Shown here: positions 49,036-55,768 of the stretch, piece after piece | How positions within the stretch are numbered: position 1 is the stretch's first letter | How the letters are laid out: each line of letters opens with the position of its first letter | Assembly: GCA_043815185.1 (NCBI GenBank) | Contig: JBDRJF010000026.1 | Location: forward strand, 773 to 64,772 | Origin: Candidatus Omnitrophota bacterium | GTDB lineage: Bacteria > Omnitrophota > Gorgyraeia > Duberdicusellales > 4484-171 | DNA length: 64,000 nucleotides | Direction of reading: 5' to 3' | Made by a program: the position numbers and the translations under genes | Notes under the pieces: model-generated | The model's input: only the letters and a program-made list of their open reading frames with translations | The model's database searches: none | What the model was told of the DNA's origin: nothing

Positions 49036-49846
49036 CACCCATAAGGGAGACTATGGACACCTCTTAGTTTTAGGAGGTTCCCGGGGTCTTAGCGGAGCAG
49101 TTTGTCTTGCTGCCCGTGCAGCCTTAAAGATTGGAACAGGGTTAGTAACCGTAGGGGTTCCCAGGAGCTTAAATAATATCTTCGAGCTTAAACTTACCGA
49201 GGTAATGAGTTTACCTTTAGCTGATAAAGGAGGCGCTCTTAGTCAGGAAGCCTTTGGAGCGATAAAGAAATTTCTAAAGAAGGTTGATCTTATTGTAGTT
49301 GGTCCCGGGGCAGGCCTTAGAGTTTCAACCAAAAAATTAATTATTAGGGTTATCAGCGAGATAGATAAACCGCTAATAGTAGATGCTGACGCTTTAACTG
49401 CTTTAGCAACGAACTTAGAAGTTTTATCTAAAAGGAAGACAAAAACACTTATTTTAACCCCACATTTGGGTGAATTTTCTCGCTTGTTGAGGTTAGATAT
49501 AGGTAAAATCAAGAAGAATAGAAAAGAACTTGTCAAAGAGTTTGCGCTTAGACATAATTTAACCCTTGTCCTCAAAGGCCACCATACTTTAGTGAGTAAC
49601 GGTAAAGAAACCTATGAAAATAAAACCGGAAATCCCGGCATGGCAACTGCCGGCAGCGGAGATGTTCTTTCGGGAATAGTAGCCGGATTAGCTTCCCAGG
49701 GAATAGACCAATTTGAGGCAGCAAAATTCGCTGTCTATTTACACGGCCTGGCCGGAGATTACGCGGCGGAAGACAAAACCGAAAATTGCTTAATTGCTTC
49801 GGATATAATTGAGTATTTACCACGAGCAATTAAGGGTTTATTATAA
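48998..49846 (+). CDS. nnrD: ADP-dependent NAD(P)H-hydrate dehydratase
   Basis: HKGDYGHLLVLGGS, TPHLGEF and GNPGMATAGSGDVLSG motifs. Confidence 0.85.
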   Translation: MQLPVQLLKRKPDTHKGDYGHLLVLGGSRGLSGAVCLAARAALKIGTGLVTVGVPRSLNNIFELKLTEVMSLPLADKGGALSQEAFGAIKKFLKKVDLIVVGPGAGLRVSTKKLIIRVISEIDKPLIVDADALTALATNLEVLSKRKTKTLILTPHLGEFSRLLRLDIGKIKKNRKELVKEFALRHNLTLVLKGHHTLVSNGKETYENKTGNPGMATAGSGDVLSGIVAGLASQGIDQFEAAKFAVYLHGLAGDYAAEDKTENCLIASDIIEYLPRAIKGLL

Positions 49847-49870
49847 AAGACTGAATATATAAGTGGTGAT

Positions 49871-49947
49871 GCCGGCGTAGCTCAATCCGGTAGAGCGCCT
49901 CATTTGTAATGAGGATGTTGGGGGTTCGATTCCTCTCGCCGGCTCCA
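49871..49947 (+). tRNA. tRNA-Thr (UGU), CCA encoded
   Basis: Acceptor GCCGGCG/CGCCGGC, anticodon arm CCTCA-TTTGTAA-TGAGG, T loop TTCGATT. Confidence 0.93.
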
Positions 49948-49982
49948 GTTATTAATTAGATTAGTGTAAAATTAAAACAAAA

Positions 49983-50816
49983 ATGAAAGTTTTTTTAGAC
50001 CTTGACAAAATTAAAGATTTATATTGGAATAAAAAATATAATCTAAAAGAAGTTTCTGAGAGCTTAGGCGTTTCATTTTGGTCATTATATAAGTTTATGA
50101 GCAAAAACAATATTCCCCGGCGAAGACGTTCGGAAGCAAACTATGTAGGAAATAAACATAAGTTACACTTTGAGGTAAAAAATGAATTGACAAAGAAAGA
50201 CAGAGAGCTGAAGATTGCCGGAATTATGTTATACTGGGCAGAAGGCTCTAAGAATCTAAAGTCTAATATGTTAGATTTCATTAATAGCGATCCCGACATG
50301 ATAAAGCTTTTCCTAAAATTTCTACGTCAGATATGTGGAGTGAAAGAAGATAGGCTTAGGCTGTATTTATACTCTTATTCTTATCAAGAGATAGATAAAT
50401 TAAAAGATTATTGGAGTAGACTAACAGGCATCTCTCAAAGCCAGTTTTTTAAACCCTATGTTAGGGAAGGTAGTCCTAATTTAAGCGAAAGAAAATTACC
50501 TTATGGATTGGTGCATATTAGGTATTGCGATAAGCGTTTATTGGAATTAGTTCTTAATTGGATTAAAGAGTTCAAGAATGATATATTAATAAAATGGGCA
50601 GGTACCCTAGTGGTCAAAGGGGACAGACTGTGTAAAACGCAGCGTCTTGCTGAAAGGCAGGATGGAAAAGTGGGTGAATTCAGGGAAACCCTTAACATTT
50701 TTAATGGTAAGGGTAATCCTGAGCCGAGTTCTAAATCGTATGGTTTAGAAAGGGTGCAGAGACTATCCCGTAAGGGAGTAGCCCGGCGATTGTCGGTCGA
50801 AGCGCCTACCACCTAA
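49983..50816 (+). CDS. LAGLIDADG-family homing endonuclease-like protein with an N-terminal HTH; 3' end uncertain
   Basis: Single LAGLIDADG-type motif (KIAGIMLYWAEGSK), then FINSDPDMIKLFLKFLRQ and YGLVHIRYCDKRLLELVLNWI blocks. Codons from about 205 onward are tRNA-Tyr exon 1 plus intron sequence. The first in-frame stop is inside the intron. Confidence 0.72.
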   Translation: MKVFLDLDKIKDLYWNKKYNLKEVSESLGVSFWSLYKFMSKNNIPRRRRSEANYVGNKHKLHFEVKNELTKKDRELKIAGIMLYWAEGSKNLKSNMLDFINSDPDMIKLFLKFLRQICGVKEDRLRLYLYSYSYQEIDKLKDYWSRLTGISQSQFFKPYVREGSPNLSERKLPYGLVHIRYCDKRLLELVLNWIKEFKNDILIKWAGTLVVKGDRLCKTQRLAERQDGKVGEFRETLNIFNGKGNPEPSSKSYGLERVQRLSRKGVARRLSVEAPTT

Positions 50817-50928
50817 ATCCTGCTTTTAGCGGGATATGGTGATGAGATAGTCCAAGCCCTAAGGTAACTTAGGAGTACTTGAAATCTGTTGTGCTTGCAC
50901 TTCGAAGGTTCAAATCCTTCCCTGCCCA
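50596..50928 (+). tRNA. tRNA-Tyr (GUA), class II, interrupted by an intron (exons 50596-50631 and 50882-50928); CCA not encoded
   Basis: Joined exons give acceptor GGGCAGG/CCTGCCC, D arm CCCT-AGTGGTCAA-AGGG, anticodon arm ACAGA-CUGUAAA-UCUGU, long variable arm, T arm GAAGG-TTCAAAT-CCTTC. As I recall it, this is closely collinear with E. coli tRNA-Tyr. Confidence 0.88.
50632..50881 (+). ncRNA. Group I intron (IC3-like) in the tRNA-Tyr anticodon loop, between nt 35 and 36
   Basis: The 5' exon ends in U. P1 is CUGU/GCAG (50628-31 with 50639-42), closing with a U-G wobble. The terminal nt is G. Core strings AATTCAGGGAAACCC, GGGTGCAGAGACTA and CCACCTAAATCC resemble tRNA group I intron cores such as Azoarcus (from memory). 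Confidence 0.8.
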
Positions 50929-51080
50929 TAGTTTTCTTTGAGGCCTAAGGTTGTTTGATGAAAACAGGGTGATTGGTTTGACAAGGTGACATTCATTTGG
51001 ATGCAATATGCGGTTGAGGCTAAGCCTCAACCGGCTCCGCCTTCAGCGGAGATTGCCTACAAATCCTTTCCTGCTCACCA
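50929..51080 (+). repeat. tRNA-Tyr-linked element: diverged left part, 45-nt double-hairpin module, second copy of the tRNA-Tyr 3' end with CCA
   Basis: 51011-51055 is 43/45 identical to 36306-36350. 51060-51077 matches tRNA-Tyr 50911-50928 at 16/18, and both changes are C-to-T. Confidence 0.65.
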
Positions 51081-51090
51081 TTATTTTTTC

Positions 51091-51161
51091 GCGGGTGTAG
51101 TTCAATGGTAGAACACAGGCCTTCCAAGCCTGTTATGTCGGTTCGATCCCGATCGCCCGCT
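51091..51161 (+). tRNA. tRNA-Gly (UCC)
   Basis: Acceptor GCGGGTG/CGCCCGC, anticodon arm CAGGC-CTTCCAA-GCCTG, T loop TTCGATC. Confidence 0.93.
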
Positions 51162-51244
51162 TAATGAAACTTAGACTTTTTAAGCTCCCGAAGGGAGCGG
51201 ATAAAAGTCATTAGTTGAATTAATTCTTTATAGATTATAAGCAG

Positions 51245-52249
51245 ATGAAAGAAAAGGTTTCGATAATCGGTGCTGGAAATTGGGGGACGACTTTAGGGGT
51301 CATACTCTCTAAAAAAGGTGTGGCTGTAGAGCTGCACAGTGTGTTTAGAGAACATAATCTCCAGATGCAGCGCTTAAGAGAAAATAAACTGTTTCTCAAA
51401 GGCGTAAAATTCCCTCAGCAGTTGCAAATAAACCCTTCGCTTAAAGAAACCCTTGATAATAAAGTAATAATAATCGCAATCCCAGTTAAGTTTACCTTAA
51501 AGGTGTTAAAGAAAATCAAAAGACAAAAGATTTTGTTTAAAAATAAGATTTTTGTCAGCGTTAGCAAGGGCATAGAGGCGAAATCCTTAAAGCGGGTATC
51601 CCAGTTGCTCAAAGAGGAGTTGGCAGTTTCAAGAATCGCTGTTCTTTCCGGCCCCAATATTGCCTGGGAGGTATTAAACGAAGTTCCTTCGACATCTATT
51701 CTTGCCTGTAAGAATAAAAGCATAGGAAGAAAGCTGCAGTCATTGTTTAATACTCCCAGTTTTAGAGTCTATTTACATCAAGATGTCGTGGGGGTAGAGT
51801 TAGGAGGCGCTTTGAAGAATGTAATTGCTCTTGCTTGCGGAATCTCCGACGGGCTTAAATTTGGAACTAATACCAAAGCTGCTTTAGTTACCAGGGGCCT
51901 GGCGGAAATTACCCGGTTAGGAGAAAAAATAGGAGCAAAGGCTTCAACTTTTTGGGGCATAAGCGGATTGGGGGATTTAGTAACTACTTGTTTTTCCCCT
52001 TACTCTCGTAACCGGGTAGTAGGAGAGGCAATAGGCAGGGGGGAGAAAATAAAGGATGTTACCCTAAAGATGAAGATGGTTGCCGAAGGTGTTGAAACAG
52101 TAAAGTCTGCTTTCAGTCTAAGCAAAAAATTAAATATCGATATGCCGATAACTCGGGAAGTGTATTTAGTTCTTTACCGCGGCAAATCACCTAAGAAAGC
52201 AGTGGTTGATTTGATGCAGCGGCCTTTAAAAGCCGAGAAAACAAGCTAA
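51245..52249 (+). CDS. gpsA: NAD(P)H-dependent glycerol-3-phosphate dehydrogenase
   Basis: IIGAGNWGTTL, SKGIE, GALKNVIA and EGV motifs. Confidence 0.93.
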   Translation: MKEKVSIIGAGNWGTTLGVILSKKGVAVELHSVFREHNLQMQRLRENKLFLKGVKFPQQLQINPSLKETLDNKVIIIAIPVKFTLKVLKKIKRQKILFKNKIFVSVSKGIEAKSLKRVSQLLKEELAVSRIAVLSGPNIAWEVLNEVPSTSILACKNKSIGRKLQSLFNTPSFRVYLHQDVVGVELGGALKNVIALACGISDGLKFGTNTKAALVTRGLAEITRLGEKIGAKASTFWGISGLGDLVTTCFSPYSRNRVVGEAIGRGEKIKDVTLKMKMVAEGVETVKSAFSLSKKLNIDMPITREVYLVLYRGKSPKKAVVDLMQRPLKAEKTS

Positions 52250-52300
52250 AAAATTAAACAGATAAAGAGTTAATTGAGGAAAAGGGCCGGAAAATAAAGG

Positions 52301-52319
52301 AGGGGGCTCCTCGCCCCCT
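52301..52319 (+). terminator. GC-rich hairpin after gpsA (possible terminator)
   Basis: AGGGGGC-tcctc-GCCCCCT. The following T tract (TTGGTTTGGTT) is weak. Confidence 0.35.
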
Positions 52320-52485
52320 TGGTTTGGTTGAACCTTCAAACCCTCTTGTAAGTCAAATATACCATAGTTTAATTCGTTCTTTCAAGCCAGGATTTGAAAG
52401 TTTATAAAAGCGTTTTCAATTGTTGCAGCTTCCAGTTATTTTGTCTTGATGCTGCCTTTAAATCGTGATAAAATTTAATAAACTG

Positions 52486-53322
52486 ATGATTAAACAAGAT
52501 AAAAATAATCAGCCTTTTTTAAGTAATACCTTTAAGCTATGGATTGTGGCGATTATCTTTCTTATTGTTGTTTTATACCTCTATGCTATAACCGCATATC
52601 CTGATACCACTATAATATCCAGCGAAATTATCCTAAGCGTAGTATTGGTTCTTATTGCTTACCTTTGGTTTCAAGAACTTAGAGACCGCTATAGGCTGCA
52701 AACATTAAATAATGCTCTTATCGCTGCCCAGAAGCAATTACAGCAGGCCGAGGTTGATACTATTACTGTTTTGATTTTAACTGAGGAAGCAAAAGATCCT
52801 TATGTGCGCGGCCATTCCCGGAGAGTAGCTCAATATTCTTTAGCTTTGGCAGCGGCGATGAATCTTTCCAGGGAGCAACAACGGATTATCGAACGGGCTG
52901 GTATGTTACATGATTTAGGAAAGCTAGGTATAGTCGATAGCATTTTAAACAAACCCGGCAAACTTAACGACGAAGAGTGGCAGGTCATGAGGGAGCATCC
53001 CCAAAGAGCACTGGATATACTAGAACCTCTAAAATTTTTACCTATTGAGAAAGAAATAATTCTTCATCACCATGAAAGATATGATGGAGGGGGGTACCCT
53101 GATGGAATCAAGGGAGAACAGATACATATAGGAGCACGAATTATGGCAGTTGCCGATACTTTTGATGCTATGAATTCAGCGCGGTCATATAGAAAGCCTC
53201 TGTCTCAAGCGGCTATTTTATCGGAACTTAAAAGAATCTCTGGAGGTCAGCTCGACCACTCCGCGGTAAGTGTATTTTTAGATTTGCTTCAAAAAAACCC
53301 CCGTCTCTGGGAACGAGATTAA
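52486..53322 (+). CDS. HD-GYP domain protein with N-terminal TM helices
   Basis: HSRRV, HDLGK, HHERYDGGGYP (the GYP motif) and DTFDAM. The ATG at 52486 is preferred over the GTG at 52465, which lies in a promoter-like TGATAAAAT. Confidence 0.85.
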   Translation: MIKQDKNNQPFLSNTFKLWIVAIIFLIVVLYLYAITAYPDTTIISSEIILSVVLVLIAYLWFQELRDRYRLQTLNNALIAAQKQLQQAEVDTITVLILTEEAKDPYVRGHSRRVAQYSLALAAAMNLSREQQRIIERAGMLHDLGKLGIVDSILNKPGKLNDEEWQVMREHPQRALDILEPLKFLPIEKEIILHHHERYDGGGYPDGIKGEQIHIGARIMAVADTFDAMNSARSYRKPLSQAAILSELKRISGGQLDHSAVSVFLDLLQKNPRLWERD

Positions 53323-53504
53323 ACAATAAATAGTAAAGATATTCCCGGAAGATATAATCCGCGAGTATCCTATTTTCGATAAGGATAAACTTATGGGCGT
53401 GGCGGGAAGGCACGACATTCTAAACCCAACCTTTCACTATTATTAAGAATTGCTAGCTCAGAAAGATAGGGCCTTGAATCAACTCATTTTTCACTAGCTG
53501 CAGG

Positions 53505-53888
53505 TTAACTAGAACTAATTTCTACTACAAGGTTTTTAATTGCATCCAGATCTTCTTTTTTTATCTGGGAGAATTCTATGCCGGTATCATAAAGAAAGCG
53601 GCTTTGAATACAGGGGTCCTTTTTGGTAAATACCCATCTTACCCGGCCCTTACAGATTATTGGATTTTGGTCTATTCCATAGAGGTTAAGTTCGACCGTT
53701 GAGGAGAGCTTTATCTTTTCCTCAATTATAAACCTTATGCCGCCGGCGCTAATATTTTCGATATAGGTAGGTAGTATATGTTTTTTAGGCCCTGGGATAA
53801 CTATCTCACAAGGACATTTTATCCTTACGAATTTTCTTCTTTCTTTACTATCCCAGTTCACAAAACACCTCCGATTAAAATGTAGCAT
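53505..53888 (-). CDS. PilZ domain protein
   Basis: RRKFVR (RxxxR) and NISAGG (D/NxSxxG) c-di-GMP-binding motifs. Confidence 0.8.
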   Translation of the reverse strand: MLHFNRRCFVNWDSKERRKFVRIKCPCEIVIPGPKKHILPTYIENISAGGIRFIIEEKIKLSSTVELNLYGIDQNPIICKGRVRWVFTKKDPCIQSRFLYDTGIEFSQIKKEDLDAIKNLVVEISSS

Positions 53889-53951
53889 ATTAAGCGTTAG
53901 ATTTCAAATCAAAGACTTATCTAAACCTCAAAACACCTCAAAAAACCTTAC

Positions 53952-53980
53952 TTTACAGCCGTAAAAAAAGCGAGTATAAT
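53952..53980 (+). promoter_or_regulatory. Sigma-70-like promoter (TTTACA-17-TATAAT) upstream of tRNA-Pro
   Basis: Near-consensus hexamers with a 17-nt spacer, about 100 nt upstream of tRNA-Pro. Confidence 0.4.
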
Positions 53981-54083
53981 TGGGTTTAGATTCCGGGGTT
54001 TAAGATGTTTTTAAAGGCATCTCGGATATCTATCCTTGATGCCGAAAAAAACAAGGAATAACCCTGAATAATTGCTTTTTGTT

Positions 54084-54159
54084 CGGGAGGTGGCGCAGCT
54101 CGGATTAGCGCACTTGAATGGGGTTCAAGGGGTCGCGGGTTCAAATCCCGCTCTCCCGA
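54084..54159 (+). tRNA. tRNA-Pro (GGG)
   Basis: Acceptor CGGGAGG/TCTCCCG, anticodon arm CTTGA-ATGGGGT-TCAAG, T arm GCGGG-TTCAAAT-CCCGC. Confidence 0.9.
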
Positions 54160-54230
54160 TATAGTGGTTATTTGAGGGGTTTGAGATATCCGGAGAGTGG
54201 TAGAGATAGCACAGAGAAAAGGGGTAGAGA

Positions 54231-55018
54231 AAAGGGGTCACCTCCCTTTTTCTTCCTTCTTTTTGGGTCTTCCTGGATTCAAACATTTCAATGACCGGTT
54301 TAATATTTTTTCCGCGTTTTTAATAAATATCTCTGATCCTACTACTAAACCCCTTTTTGTTTTTAAGCGCATCTCATTCACCATCACATTATCTTCTTCA
54401 CAAAGATACGTTTTCCATTCTCTCGCATTCATATCCAATGAATCCTTTAATGCGATAAATTCTTTAACCGGTATTTCTGTATGAATAGGTGCGCTCGACC
54501 AGTCATAATTCCAGGCATTATCCACTACCTTTGCCCGTACAGGGTTTCTTTCTACATAGCGTATGGCACGGTATAAATGTGTTTCGTCTAACAGGCATGA
54601 AAAATAACGCCCCTGCCACACATGACCATGTTGTTTTCGCTTTCGATTTACATATTGGGAATATCTCATGGTAAGGGTATTTAAAACCATTCCCAATGAT
54701 TTCTTATCGTGAGGAATTACTATAATATGCGTATGATTATTCATCAAACAGTAAGCAAGTATATCTATATGATATTTCTTTGAATATTCCTCGAGCCAAA
54801 AAAGGTACTGTCTAAAATCTTTAGGTTCTTTAAATATCTTTTGTTGGTAATTTCCTCGCTGAGTTATATGGTGGGCTTCATCGGGTATGACTATTCTGAC
54901 TTGTCGCGGCATGTGTTACCTCCTTTACATAATAGACGTTTTAAGCGGCAGAATTCTTTCATTTTTTAAAATTTTTTGAAACGATAGAGGAGTTAAAAAA
55001 AAGGGAGTTGACCCCTTT
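54231..55018 (-). mobile_element. RAYT / IS200-like unit: Y1 transposase gene bracketed by 21-nt inverted repeats
   Basis: The reverse complement of 54231-54251 (AAAGGGGTCACCTCCCTTTTT) matches 54998-55018 (AAAAAGGGAGTTGACCCCTTT) at 20/21. The left repeat covers the last codons of the gene. The unit starts 72 nt after tRNA-Pro. Confidence 0.7.
54238..54912 (-). CDS. REP-associated tyrosine transposase-like protein (Y1_Tnp / IS200 superfamily, COG1943 type)
   Basis: HHITQRGN, AYCLMNNHTHIIV (HUH motif), GHVWQGRYFS and RYVERNPVRAKVV...YDWSS (catalytic Tyr region). Confidence 0.85.
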   Translation of the reverse strand: MPRQVRIVIPDEAHHITQRGNYQQKIFKEPKDFRQYLFWLEEYSKKYHIDILAYCLMNNHTHIIVIPHDKKSLGMVLNTLTMRYSQYVNRKRKQHGHVWQGRYFSCLLDETHLYRAIRYVERNPVRAKVVDNAWNYDWSSAPIHTEIPVKEFIALKDSLDMNAREWKTYLCEEDNVMVNEMRLKTKRGLVVGSEIFIKNAEKILNRSLKCLNPGRPKKKEEKGR

Positions 55019-55031
55019 AACATAAATTTCC

Positions 55032-55056
55032 TATCTAATATTATCTAATATTATCT
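55032..55056 (+). repeat. Tandem direct repeat TATCTAATAT x2.5 abutting a TTGACA -35 box
   Basis: TATCTAATAT TATCTAATAT TATCT, followed by cTTGACA (55058-55063)-17-GACAAT. Confidence 0.5.
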
Positions 55057-55164
55057 CTTGACAAAAAGTGATTCCTGGAGGACAATAAAAATAATTTGTC
55101 CTGCATTTGCTGTATTTATTCTGAATAATATAAGGGTTTGAGGCCGATTAAAGGAGGAAAAGCA

Positions 55165-55740
55165 ATGGAGCATGCAAAAATGCTTAAAGTAAATCAAGTG
55201 GCTAAGTTTCTCCAGATGAATAGAATGACTATTTATAAGCTGGTTAAATCTGGAAAGCTTCCCGGTGTAAAAATCGGAAGTGAATGGAGATTTGATAAAG
55301 ACAAACTTCAAGACTGGCTAAATGGGCATACAGGAATCAAGAGACCGCAAGGCAGAATATCTAAAAAGACCCAGAAAGAGAAGGTGTTAATAGTAGATGA
55401 TGATCCGGGCATAAGAGATTTATTTATAAAGCTTTTAAAAGATGATGGCCAAAAGGTATATATTGCATCTTCGGGCAAAGAGTGTATGGAGTTAATAAAA
55501 GAATATAATCCTAACGTTGTTTTACTTGATTTAAAAATGGCTGATATTGACGGAATAGATACTTTGCGTTTAATCAAAAGTTACAATAAAAAAATAGCGG
55601 TTATAGTAATTACCGCCTATGCTACTATGAATACTGCAATTGAGGCAATGAAATTAGGGGCTTATGACTACATCGCTAAACCTTTTGATAATGATAAAAT
55701 AATAGCCTTAGTAAGAAAGGCGGTCAAAACGACAAAATAG
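55165..55740 (+). CDS. Response regulator with an N-terminal excisionase-type (HTH_17/MerR-like) domain and a C-terminal receiver
   Basis: LKVNQVAKFLQMNRMTIYKLVKSGKLPGVKIGSEWRFDKDKLQDWL, then receiver VLIVDDDP...LLDLKM...TAY...KPF. The ATG at 55165 follows the RBS AAAGGAGG. Confidence 0.85.
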   Translation: MEHAKMLKVNQVAKFLQMNRMTIYKLVKSGKLPGVKIGSEWRFDKDKLQDWLNGHTGIKRPQGRISKKTQKEKVLIVDDDPGIRDLFIKLLKDDGQKVYIASSGKECMELIKEYNPNVVLLDLKMADIDGIDTLRLIKSYNKKIAVIVITAYATMNTAIEAMKLGAYDYIAKPFDNDKIIALVRKAVKTTK

Positions 55741-55768
55741 AGTTACAAATTATTTTAGAAGGGAATCA

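Noticed and set aside
50596-50816. C-terminal ~73 residues of the LAGLIDADG ORF as genuine protein sequence
   Set aside because: This stretch is tRNA-Tyr exon 1 plus group I intron core, and the LAGLIDADG fold appears complete before it. I kept the ORF coordinates but do not regard the tail as an evolved protein domain. The readthrough is reported as a finding instead.
51161-51244. GCTCCC-GAAG-GGAGC hairpin after tRNA-Gly as another copy of the conserved module
   Set aside because: It resembles hairpin 2 only loosely. Hairpin 1 is absent and no tRNA-Gly 3' end copy follows. It is more simply a processing or terminator hairpin.
54197-54674. Plus-strand ORFs 54197..54484 and 54489..54674
   Set aside because: They are antisense to the RAYT gene, which has unambiguous HUH and Tyr motifs on the minus strand.
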